This document shows positions 1 to 8,782 of a DNA stretch of 64,000 nucleotides, one piece after another. Source of the stretch: a virus; IMG/VR virus record IMGVR_UViG_3300028920_000045, positions 32,001 through 96,000 of that record. One strand, given 5' to 3'. Both the position numbers and the translations under genes were made by a program. How positions within the stretch are numbered: position 1 is the stretch's first letter; each line of letters begins with the position of its first letter. The notes beneath the pieces are model-generated. The model saw only the letters and a program-made list of their open reading frames with translations. It made no database searches and was not told where the DNA came from.

Positions 1-2
1 TC

Positions 3-116
3 CGGTTGAGGGACGCTTACATCGACACCGCGACCGACGAGGCGGTCCTTGAGTTCTACAACGTCAATGCGGCTTCTCGTTCCGTGGTCTGCTACGGGAC
101 GATCATGGTCAAGTAA
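3..116 (+). CDS. 3' end of a gene truncated by the window edge (hypothetical, probably virion-associated)
   Basis: Open frame ...RLRDAYIDTATDEAVLEFYNVNAASRSVVCYGTIMVK* ends at TAA 114-116, 1 nt before the next ATG; codon style matches neighbours. Confidence 0.6.
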   Translation, partial: RLRDAYIDTATDEAVLEFYNVNAASRSVVCYGTIMVK

Positions 117-117
117 G

Positions 118-642
118 ATGCGACCCGAAGACATCCTCCAGCACCCCACCTTGCACTCGGCTCTCACGGGGGTCCTACCCGATCAGCACCACAAGAAACC
201 CACTCGGGTCGTCGTGTCGAATACCAGTCTCGTCGTCCCCCCTCTTCCGGGTGGTCCGAGTAACTGGGACATCCCTGTCGACTTCGACGCCGTTGCCGTC
301 ACTCTCAACCTCCGGTCCGTCCGAACCGTGGCCGAGGGTGGAGGCAAAGCCGGGGTGATCGGGATTGCGACCAGGTCCATCCTTGAGGCGACCTGTGCGA
401 GCCTCGGGGGATACACCTCGATCTCGATCTCGGGGCAGAATAGCTGGTACTCGAAACCGGGAGGGAGTCTCCTCCTGTCGCACAAGGTCTTCGACAGCGC
501 GGGAGGGTACATCGCTCTCACCGAGGCGTACTTGACCTTGACCGGTCCGACGACGAGAGTCCTCCGAACGACCTGGACGAACTTCGGGTCCAGCAACAAG
601 ACTCTTTCGGTGTCCGGAGTCCTGGGGGTGGTCAGTGAGTGA
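118..642 (+). CDS. hypothetical beta-rich protein, probably virion-associated
   Basis: ATG at 118 directly after the upstream stop; stop overlaps the next gene. Confidence 0.7.
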   Translation: MRPEDILQHPTLHSALTGVLPDQHHKKPTRVVVSNTSLVVPPLPGGPSNWDIPVDFDAVAVTLNLRSVRTVAEGGGKAGVIGIATRSILEATCASLGGYTSISISGQNSWYSKPGGSLLLSHKVFDSAGGYIALTEAYLTLTGPTTRVLRTTWTNFGSSNKTLSVSGVLGVVSE

Positions 643-1879
643 TCGACTTCGAGTCCTCATGGTCTGTCAGGAGGACCCCGCTTTCATCCTGGGAGGGATG
701 GGGCGTCACGTCGGAGAACTCGGCCGGAGTCTGGCCGAGAGGGACGACGTCGAGGTCGAGCTGCTGACCAGCGGTCGGGGAGAAGGGTCGGAGGAGTGGC
801 ACGGGTTCGTCCGTCACCTCTCCGACAAGCTGGTCTGTCGGAAGCCACAGAGCCCGAACTTGAACGCCCTTCGTCTGGCCGACTTCCAGCTCGCCAAGAC
901 CCTCGCTAGACTACTCGCCCAGGGGAAGAGGTGGGACCTCGTCCATATCCACGAATGGAACTCGGTCGAGGTCGGACGAATGGTTCGGGACGCCCTCGGT
1001 GTCCCGATGGTCGGAACCCTCCACCTCTGCCTCACTCGTCTCTCGCAGATCGAGACGTGTCCGACCGATCACGTCGACGAGGACGAGTTCAAGACGGAGG
1101 AGTGGGCGTACATGCTCCAGCAGGAGGCACACCTCGCCGTCGACTCCGACCGGTTTATTGTCTGCTCCAGGGCGTACGAGGAGATCGCCCGAGAGTGCTT
1201 CCTCACCGAGAGACGAATCGAGGTGATCCCGAACGGGATCGACCTCAAGGTCTGGAATCCAGACGCCGGGGTCGGTGTCCGGGCGAGGGCGACTCATAAC
1301 CTCCCTCCGAAGAAGATCGCCCTCTTCGTCGGGAGGATTGCCGACATGAAAGGGATCAGGGTTCTCCTCGACGCCGTCGAGCAGGCCGACGACGAATGGA
1401 TCTTCGTCGTGGTCGGTGAGGTGAACGCGGACACGAAGGAAGCGGCCGACCAGTGGGAAGTGACCAAGAGGATCAAGTCCATCGAAGAGGCCCATCCTCA
1501 ACGTCTCCGCTGGCTCAAGTTCCAACACGGCCAGAACCTCCGGGACCTCTACTCCTGTGCCGATGTCGTGATCATGCCGTCGGTACATGAGCCCTTCGGG
1601 ATCGTAGCTCTGGAGGCGATGGCGATGGGTACACCCTTGATCTCCACCGAGGTCGACGGACTCGGGGAGGTCGTGCTCGACCAGGATGGGAACGAGTACT
1701 CGTTTATCTGTGACCCGAACCGACCCGACCAGATCCTCGAAGGACTGGAGAGGTGCAAGGACCCGAACGTCCGCGAGGAACTCCGTCGTCTGGGACTCCG
1801 TCGAGCTGCCGACTTCGACTGGGACGAGGTTGCGGAGCGGACGGTCCGGGTGTACAAAGAGGCAACGGGAGGTCAGTAA
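635..1879 (+). CDS. GT4-family (GT-B fold) glycosyltransferase
   Basis: N-terminal GGMGRHV loop, HIHEW, IPNGID, FVGRI...KG and the EPFGIVALEAMAMGTP signature. Confidence 0.93.
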   Translation: MSDRLRVLMVCQEDPAFILGGMGRHVGELGRSLAERDDVEVELLTSGRGEGSEEWHGFVRHLSDKLVCRKPQSPNLNALRLADFQLAKTLARLLAQGKRWDLVHIHEWNSVEVGRMVRDALGVPMVGTLHLCLTRLSQIETCPTDHVDEDEFKTEEWAYMLQQEAHLAVDSDRFIVCSRAYEEIARECFLTERRIEVIPNGIDLKVWNPDAGVGVRARATHNLPPKKIALFVGRIADMKGIRVLLDAVEQADDEWIFVVVGEVNADTKEAADQWEVTKRIKSIEEAHPQRLRWLKFQHGQNLRDLYSCADVVIMPSVHEPFGIVALEAMAMGTPLISTEVDGLGEVVLDQDGNEYSFICDPNRPDQILEGLERCKDPNVREELRRLGLRRAADFDWDEVAERTVRVYKEATGGQ

Positions 1880-2379
1880 TGCTGGCAACGATCAGTCACC
1901 CCGATCCGACGGTCCCTCTCGACAAGGCCCGGATCGCCTCGTACAAGCCCGAACTCAACGCAGGACAGGGACGACTCTGGCTCGAAGTCTGGGTCGTCCT
2001 GGGGAAGCTCCTGGACCCCGAGGACGAGGACTCCTTCGTCGAATACCCGGTCCCGTCAACCGGAGCCGCCGCCCTCGAATTCAAGATCGAGGACGGGGTC
2101 CATCCGTTGCGACCGGGAACGGGTCTCGGGAAGTGTGACCAGTGCGGGGAGTGGCACCCGAGGATGTCCGGTCCCTGCGGTCTTCCAGGTTGTGAGGGGA
2201 CCGTGATCATGTACGACGGTTTCTCTCGCATCCGGACACCTCCGGAGGAGATCGACGGGGACTGTTGCTTTCTGATCCATTCCGCGAAGATGCTGGAGTT
2301 CCTGGTCAACGAAGAGGTCCCGGACCCGGATACCTGGGAGATGGTCAAGGTCCTCGACGCGACCCTCAACGGAGGCTGA
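1879..2379 (+). CDS. hypothetical protein with Zn-ribbon
   Basis: TAATG-coupled start; CDQC...CGLPGC motif. Confidence 0.7.
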   Translation: MLATISHPDPTVPLDKARIASYKPELNAGQGRLWLEVWVVLGKLLDPEDEDSFVEYPVPSTGAAALEFKIEDGVHPLRPGTGLGKCDQCGEWHPRMSGPCGLPGCEGTVIMYDGFSRIRTPPEEIDGDCCFLIHSAKMLEFLVNEEVPDPDTWEMVKVLDATLNGG

Positions 2380-2381
2380 TC

Positions 2382-5177
2382 ATGTCGACCGTCCGAATCC
2401 AGACGGGGGCGACCGAGAGGATCGAGTACCTCGTCCGCGACGGGAGTCTGTCTCCCCTCACCGGGAAGTCTGACATCCTGGTCTCGATCCGTCGGATCTC
2501 GGATGGTCAGTACCTCGACTTCGACGACGACACGTTCAAGTCTTCGGGGTGGACGACCAGGCAGACGGCGATGTCGGAGGTGAGCGCGACGTACTCCCCG
2601 GGGACGTACTCGTACGACTTCGACACCTCGTCGATCACGAACCCGACGACCGACGACACGTACGTCGCCCGGGTCGAGCAGAGCCCCGGGACCGACGCGG
2701 CGAACCTCCCGGCCGAGGGAGAGATCAAGGTCGGGGAGTGGGTCGACGACATCGACGCTCCGATCTCTGGCCGGGCCGCTCCCGGTGACGCGATGGACCT
2801 GGTCACCGACGCCGTCGACTCCGACGCCGTTGCGACCTCGGGAGCGAACGAGATCCGAGACTCGATCCTCTCCGACTCGACTCCCTTTGCCGGTGCCGAC
2901 ATCGACGTGGCGATCTCGTCGAGGTCCTCTCATACTGCCAACGACGTACGAGATTCGATCCTCTCCGACTCCACTCCATTCCAGGGGGCGAGGATCGACG
3001 CGGCGATCTCGTCGAGGTCTTCCCATACCGCTAACGACGTACGGGATGCCATTCTCTCCGACTCGACTCCCTTTGCCGGTGCCGACATCGACGCGGCGAT
3101 CTCCAGTCGGTCGAGTCACACCCCGGCCGATGTCGATACCGAACTCTCGGGAACCCACGGGGCCGGATCATGGGAGGACGACTCCCCCACTCCCGGCGAC
3201 GTGGCCGACGCCGTCTGGGACGAGGCTCTCTCCGGACACACCGGACCGGGTACGGCAGGGGAAGCCCAGAGTCACCTCGACGCGGACGTCTCCTCCCGGG
3301 CGACCCAGGCCGACATCTTGTCGGATGCGACTCCCTTCCCCGGTGGGAACGTCGACGCCCAGATCTCGACCAGGTCGAGCCACACTCCCGGGGACGTGGA
3401 CACGGTCCTCTCGGGGACTCACGGTTCCGGCTCCTGGGAGGACGACTCTCCGACTCCGGGTGACGTGGCCGACGCTGTCTGGGACGAGGACCTCACCGGT
3501 CACACCGATCCGAACTCGGCCGGTGAGTCCCTGGGTCGAGTCGACGTTGACGTCTCGTCGAGGTCGAGTCACACCCCGGCCGATGTCGACACCGAACTCT
3601 CGGGGAGTCACGGTTCGGGATCGTGGGAATCCCCTTCGGTCGGTGACATCGCAGACGGAGTCTGGGACGAAGACGTCACGGCTCACACAGGTCCGAACTC
3701 GACCGGCGAGGCCCAGAACAGACTCGACGCGGACGTGTCGTCGAGGGCGGCTCCTACCGACATCCTCTCCGACTCGACTCCCTTCCAGGGTGCGAGGATC
3801 GACGCGGCGATCTCCAGCCGGTCGGACCATACCCCGGCCGACGTGGACACGGTCCTCTCTGCCTCTCACGGGGCGGGTTCCTGGGAGGACGACTCCCCGA
3901 CTCCGGGTGACGTCGCAGACGCGGTCTGGGACGAGGACCTCTCCGGTCACTCGACTCCGGGGTCGGCGGGTGAGCACCAGTTGAGACTCAATGCGACCGT
4001 CGACAGTCGGGCGACCCAGGCCGACATCTTGTCGGATGCGACCCCCTTCCAGGGGGCTCGGGTCGACGCGGCGATCTCGTCGAGGTCCTCTCACACCCCG
4101 GCAGACGTGGACACGGTCCTCTCGGGTTCTCACGGCTCGGGGTCCTGGGAGGACGACTCCCCTGCCCCGGGTACCATCGCGGGGGCCGTCTGGGACGAGG
4201 ACGTCACGACTCACACCGCTCCGAACTCGGCCGGTGAGGCACAGAACCGTCTCGACGCGGACGTCTCCTCCCGGTCGAGTCACACCCCGGCAGACGTGGA
4301 CACCGAACTCTCGGGGAGTCACGGGTCCGGGTCCTGGGAGGTCGACTCCGGGATCATCGCAGACGCGGTCTGGGACGAGGCCCTCTCCGGTCACTCCGCT
4401 CCGGGCTCGACCGGTGAAGCCCAGTCCCACCTCGACGCGGACGTGTCGTCGAGAGCGGTCCAGGGCGATGCGATGGACCTGGTCAACGACGCGGTTGACT
4501 CGGCCAGCCTCGCAACCTCCGGGGTGAACGAGATCCGAGACTCGATCCTCTCCGACTCGACTCCGTTCCCCGGTGGGAACGTCGACGCCCAGATCTCGTC
4601 GAGGTCCTCTCACACCCCGGCCGATGTCGACACCGAACTCTCGGGGAGTCACGGGGCGACCTCCTGGGAGACGGGACCGTCGGTCGGTGACATCGCAGAC
4701 GGAGTCTGGGACGAGGCTCTCTCCGGTCACTCCACCCCGGGGTCGACGGGAGAAGCCCAGGGCCACCTCGACGTCGACGTGTCGACCAGGTCGGACCATA
4801 CCCCGGCCGATGTCGATACCGAACTCACGGCAGCTCACGGGTCGGGTGCCTGGAATACGGGAGACCCGTCGGCCATCGCAGACGCGGTCTGGGACGAGGA
4901 CCTCTCCGGTCACACCGGACCGGGGTCGGCGGGTGAGTCGATGGGACGTCTCGACGTCGACGTGTCGACCAGGTCCTCGCACACCCCGGCCGACGTGGAT
5001 ACGGAACTCACAGCTCAACACGGGTCGGGGTCGTGGGAGGCCGCGTCCGTTGACCCGTCGGCAATCGCAGACGCCGTCTGGGACGAACTCGCAGAGGACC
5101 ACGTCTCGTCGGGGTCGATGGGCGAGCTACAGAACCGAGTCGACGACGGGTCCCCGTTCTCGTCCGGTCACCTCTAA
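2382..5177 (+). CDS. large modular repeat protein, probably a neck/collar fibre or appendage (N-terminal Ig-like domain plus VWDE repeats)
   Basis: ATG 2382 after GGAGG; repeated ADAVWDE, SSRSSHTPADVD and ILSDSTPF modules; lies just upstream of the neck genes. Confidence 0.75.
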   Translation: MSTVRIQTGATERIEYLVRDGSLSPLTGKSDILVSIRRISDGQYLDFDDDTFKSSGWTTRQTAMSEVSATYSPGTYSYDFDTSSITNPTTDDTYVARVEQSPGTDAANLPAEGEIKVGEWVDDIDAPISGRAAPGDAMDLVTDAVDSDAVATSGANEIRDSILSDSTPFAGADIDVAISSRSSHTANDVRDSILSDSTPFQGARIDAAISSRSSHTANDVRDAILSDSTPFAGADIDAAISSRSSHTPADVDTELSGTHGAGSWEDDSPTPGDVADAVWDEALSGHTGPGTAGEAQSHLDADVSSRATQADILSDATPFPGGNVDAQISTRSSHTPGDVDTVLSGTHGSGSWEDDSPTPGDVADAVWDEDLTGHTDPNSAGESLGRVDVDVSSRSSHTPADVDTELSGSHGSGSWESPSVGDIADGVWDEDVTAHTGPNSTGEAQNRLDADVSSRAAPTDILSDSTPFQGARIDAAISSRSDHTPADVDTVLSASHGAGSWEDDSPTPGDVADAVWDEDLSGHSTPGSAGEHQLRLNATVDSRATQADILSDATPFQGARVDAAISSRSSHTPADVDTVLSGSHGSGSWEDDSPAPGTIAGAVWDEDVTTHTAPNSAGEAQNRLDADVSSRSSHTPADVDTELSGSHGSGSWEVDSGIIADAVWDEALSGHSAPGSTGEAQSHLDADVSSRAVQGDAMDLVNDAVDSASLATSGVNEIRDSILSDSTPFPGGNVDAQISSRSSHTPADVDTELSGSHGATSWETGPSVGDIADGVWDEALSGHSTPGSTGEAQGHLDVDVSTRSDHTPADVDTELTAAHGSGAWNTGDPSAIADAVWDEDLSGHTGPGSAGESMGRLDVDVSTRSSHTPADVDTELTAQHGSGSWEAASVDPSAIADAVWDELAEDHVSSGSMGELQNRVDDGSPFSSGHL
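2780..5150 (+). repeat. intragenic shuffled tandem repeat array (9 VWDE units, 7 ILSDxTPF units)
   Basis: Recurrent DNA blocks such as gtctgggacga, cacaccccggc and ctctccgactcgactcc. Confidence 0.9.
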
Positions 5178-5192
5178 AGGGAGGGTTTGACA

Positions 5193-6335
5193 ATGCCGAG
5201 TCTCGCCAGAGGTCAGGAGAACACTCCCGAGATCCTTAACTGGTTCGTCCGACAGAATGGGGTCTTGATCGACCAGTACGAGATCGGGTTCCAGATCTGG
5301 GACCTGTCCGGTGGTGCGCCCGGGACTCTCGTCTATCCGAATCCCGCCGACCCGTCCGAGTGGGAAGACGTCACCTCCGGGACCGGTCACTTCGGGACCG
5401 GGTCGTACTATGCCTATAACAACGACGACTCGGTCGGGTGGACACCCGACCTCGGTGAGCCCCTCGGTGAGCACTGGGTCAAGTGGAGGTGGAAGCCGAC
5501 GGCGTCCTCCCAGTACCGGGAGGACCAGGAGGCTTTCACCGTCCTGGTCGAGTCGGGTGGGTCGACGACGAACGAGTACGTCACCGTCCAGCAGGTACGA
5601 GACGCTGGTCTCCCTCTCGAAGCCGACGGAGGTCCGTCCGATGCTCGGGTCCTCTACCTAATCCAGTTGTACTCGAATCTGATCGACAAGGTGACTCGGT
5701 GCTTCTTTAACTCTCGGAGTCTGACCCTCTACCTCGACGGTCTCGGACACGAGTCCCTCTTCCTCCCCTTCCCGGTGATCTCGGTCTCGACCCTGGAGAT
5801 CAACCTCGTACAAGGGTCGGGCGACCCGATGTCGGACGACGACTTCCGGGTCTACAACCGGGACCTCCGGACCGACAAGATGGTCCCGAGGGTGACCCTG
5901 GTCCGAGAGCGGCAAAACATCTTCTCCGGTGTGTCGTCGGGACTCTTCGAGGTGGGTCACCAGAACCAGAAGATCTCGGGTCTCTTCGGCTGGCTCGAAG
6001 ACGGTGGAGTCCCGGTTCCGATCCAGGAGGCGGTGATCCGTCTCGTCGTGAAGAACGCGGGCAACGTGGCGACCGGTGCCGGTGGGGGAGCCGTCGGAGG
6101 ATGGGGCGGTCGAGGGTCCGCGACCGTTCCGTTCGGTGTGACCCAGGAGAAGGCCGACAAGCACTCGATCTCGTACACTGACCTCGTCGGTCCTCTGGTC
6201 AAGGCGGCAGACGCGACCGCCCTCCAGTTGATCAACGACCCGGTTGCCTACTCCCTGATCATGCAGTACCGGATCAAGACCCCGGCCGTCGGATGGTCCA
6301 GTCGGAACCGTGAACGTGCTATGATGTCTTCCTAG
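5193..6335 (+). CDS. head-tail adaptor/connector (gp6/gp15-like) with extra N-terminal domain
   Basis: YVTVQQVRD...LIDKVT...LYLDG...LFLPFPVISV...VPVPIQEAVIRLV pattern; synteny; SD ggaggg. Confidence 0.7.
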   Translation: MPSLARGQENTPEILNWFVRQNGVLIDQYEIGFQIWDLSGGAPGTLVYPNPADPSEWEDVTSGTGHFGTGSYYAYNNDDSVGWTPDLGEPLGEHWVKWRWKPTASSQYREDQEAFTVLVESGGSTTNEYVTVQQVRDAGLPLEADGGPSDARVLYLIQLYSNLIDKVTRCFFNSRSLTLYLDGLGHESLFLPFPVISVSTLEINLVQGSGDPMSDDDFRVYNRDLRTDKMVPRVTLVRERQNIFSGVSSGLFEVGHQNQKISGLFGWLEDGGVPVPIQEAVIRLVVKNAGNVATGAGGGAVGGWGGRGSATVPFGVTQEKADKHSISYTDLVGPLVKAADATALQLINDPVAYSLIMQYRIKTPAVGWSSRNRERAMMSS

Positions 6336-6346
6336 AGAGGTGACCA

Positions 6347-6757
6347 GTGGTCGCACCGAACCTAATCCACCCCGTTCCCATCGTTGTCGAGCAGATCGAC
6401 AAGGACGAGATCGAGTGGGACGAAGACGCCCAGGAGCCGGTCGGTGCCGAGGAGTACACGTCCGAGGTCACCCTCCAGGCACAGGTACACTGGCGGTCCA
6501 TCGACGACCCCGACTGGACCTGGTCCGGGAGAGACGACTCGACGAAGGGATACGTCCTCTTCCTCTGGGCCGACCTCCGGGCGAGGTCGATCACAATCGC
6601 CGTCGGTGATCACATTCGGAAGATCGGGGACCGAGACGTCGACCTCTACGTCGAGTCCTTCGAGGACGCTGCCCATTATCCCGACCTCGGTGGGGCCGGG
6701 TTCCTCCTGGCCTTCTTCGCAGACCGGACCCCGGTCTCCCATGTCGGAGATCATTAG
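6347..6757 (+). CDS. head closure/stopper protein
   Basis: 136-aa beta-rich protein with IAVGDHI motif, located after the adaptor. Confidence 0.6.
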   Translation: MVAPNLIHPVPIVVEQIDKDEIEWDEDAQEPVGAEEYTSEVTLQAQVHWRSIDDPDWTWSGRDDSTKGYVLFLWADLRARSITIAVGDHIRKIGDRDVDLYVESFEDAAHYPDLGGAGFLLAFFADRTPVSHVGDH

Positions 6758-7479
6758 TGGCGAAGAGAGACCCGAAGTCCGGACGGTTCGTCGGTGGAGG
6801 GAAGGGGAAGTCCCGTCCCCCGAAGACGGGGAGTCGTCCGTCTGGTCTGGCCGCAGGAGCGAAGAGAACGGGAGCCGGAATCGGACCAGGGTCGACGGGC
6901 CTGGTCCTCTCCGGTGACTGGGACATCATGACCAAGACCCTCGACACTTTCGAGGGGACTCTCGCCCGAGAGATCGAGAGGGCGACCGAGATCTCCGCGA
7001 TCAAGGTTCGGGACGAGATCCGGACTCGGATCGACGACCGGAAGTACGAGCCGAACGCCCCTCGGACTCTGATCCTCAAGAACGACCCGGAGGGTCTCCC
7101 CCTGGCAGGGAAGACCCAGTCGGGAGCGGCACTCCTCAAGTCCCTGGCATACGTTCTCCTCCCTCCCTTCGCCGCGATCATCGGAGTCAACCGGTTCGCC
7201 CGATGGAAGGGTCGGGTCAACGTGGCACAGATCGTCCACGACGGGATCACGATCAAGGTCACCCCGAAGATGCGCCAGTACTTCAAATTCCTGGCGTTCA
7301 AGTACTCCGACCTCGGGTTCAAACCACTCCACCCCCGGACGACTCGGATCGTGATCCCGCCTCGTCCGTTTATCGGTGACGTAATGGACGACAAGGGTGT
7401 CCAGGCCGAGGTGAGGAAGAGGTGGGAAGAGGCCGTCGACAATGCCTTCGGTAAGGCCCACGCAAGAGGGATGGTATGA
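6757..7479 (+). CDS. neck/tail completion protein (HK97 gp10 / Mu gpG-like)
   Basis: VHDG...IPPRPFI motif, basic composition, synteny. Confidence 0.65.
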   Translation: MAKRDPKSGRFVGGGKGKSRPPKTGSRPSGLAAGAKRTGAGIGPGSTGLVLSGDWDIMTKTLDTFEGTLAREIERATEISAIKVRDEIRTRIDDRKYEPNAPRTLILKNDPEGLPLAGKTQSGAALLKSLAYVLLPPFAAIIGVNRFARWKGRVNVAQIVHDGITIKVTPKMRQYFKFLAFKYSDLGFKPLHPRTTRIVIPPRPFIGDVMDDKGVQAEVRKRWEEAVDNAFGKAHARGMV

Positions 7480-8735
7480 GAGACCAGACCTTGATCAAAC
7501 GATTCGAGTACAACGAGGGGACGAGGTCCGACCTGGTCTTCTCCGACACGGCCGAGATCTATCTGGAGTCTCGTCTCTTCCAGGGGCCGGGAGTCAAGCT
7601 CCGTCCGGACTCCTCGACGGGGGAGTACCCGACCACGGGAGAACAGTGGGTCCGACATCGGGTGACCGAACCCTTGGCCCTCCTGGGGTGGCAGGGCTTC
7701 GACTATGAAGCCGACCTTCCGGATGGGACCTCCCTGGGGTTCCGTCTCTCCGACGGAGTCGACGACTGGTACTGGGACGGAGCTGCCTGGTCGACCCCGG
7801 GAGCGGGTGACTGGAGCACGGTGCAGGAAATCAACGACAACGTCTCGACCTTCCCGTCGATGCTCGCAACGGCCGACCGGAAGAAACTCCAGGTCGTGAC
7901 AAGACTGGTCTCGACCGATAGTTCCTTGACACCGCGACTCCGGACAATTAAGCTGCTGTATCGAGCACGGATCAACTTCTCGGAGGACGTGATCTTGCGG
8001 TCCCTGATTCCAGCACTCAAGTCCGGGGTCACGACGTTCAAGGACTTCGCCAAGAAGCTCCCTGCGACGACGTCGGTCCTGGAAGTGGGTCCGGGTCAGG
8101 CTCACTCGGTCGCACCGTACGAGGTCGCGGACGTGGTCGGGGTCTGGAATCACACCGACGACCCGGATCACCTCGTCGACCTCTTCGACTCCTTCGACGA
8201 GGGAGCACAGGAGATCGCCCTCACCACCTCCGTCGACCAGGGCAAGAAGATCTGGATCTCGTTCCTCGCACCGACCGACGTGTCCATCGCAAAGCACCCC
8301 GATTATTATGAGGTTGCGACGATCCCTGCCTTGGTCGTCGAGAGACTCCGACCGGTCGGGAAGCTCCACGGCACTCCCGGTCGACGAGACGCCGTGATCA
8401 ATCGAGACCAGAAGACGGCGACCGTCGTGGCCGAGGTCGACGAGACCTCGTACGACGTGGACATCCTCGCCGTCGTGGACCGAGTCGCAGACAGGTTCCG
8501 ACTCGGTGACCGACTCCGACAGTGGGTCGACGAGAACCCCCTCCTCCACCTGGTAGGGCTCGACGACCTTCTCCCGATTCGCCTCATGAGAGATCCGGAC
8601 TGGACGGGTCAACCCGAAGGTTCCGGCCGACTCATGGGGTCCCTGACCGTACGTCTTGATCGCGTTGCCTACCCGCCACCGTCCAGGGAAAGGAACGTGA
8701 TCACAAACTGGCAACCGGAGCTGACCGGCCCCTAG
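7476..8735 (+). CDS. putative tail terminator with N-terminal beta-sandwich extension
   Basis: Immediately upstream of the sheath; C-terminal part has a terminator-like IPALVVE...YDVDILA pattern. Confidence 0.5.
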   Translation: MRDQTLIKRFEYNEGTRSDLVFSDTAEIYLESRLFQGPGVKLRPDSSTGEYPTTGEQWVRHRVTEPLALLGWQGFDYEADLPDGTSLGFRLSDGVDDWYWDGAAWSTPGAGDWSTVQEINDNVSTFPSMLATADRKKLQVVTRLVSTDSSLTPRLRTIKLLYRARINFSEDVILRSLIPALKSGVTTFKDFAKKLPATTSVLEVGPGQAHSVAPYEVADVVGVWNHTDDPDHLVDLFDSFDEGAQEIALTTSVDQGKKIWISFLAPTDVSIAKHPDYYEVATIPALVVERLRPVGKLHGTPGRRDAVINRDQKTATVVAEVDETSYDVDILAVVDRVADRFRLGDRLRQWVDENPLLHLVGLDDLLPIRLMRDPDWTGQPEGSGRLMGSLTVRLDRVAYPPPSRERNVITNWQPELTGP

Positions 8736-8782
8736 TCAACCCAGGGGTCCGCGACAGTCCGGGCGAAGAGAGGAAAAGAAAG

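Noticed and set aside
2780-5150. Repeat array as a possible CRISPR array or DGR
   Set aside because: Repeats are in frame with synonymous variation, have no unique spacers, and no cas or reverse transcriptase gene is in the window
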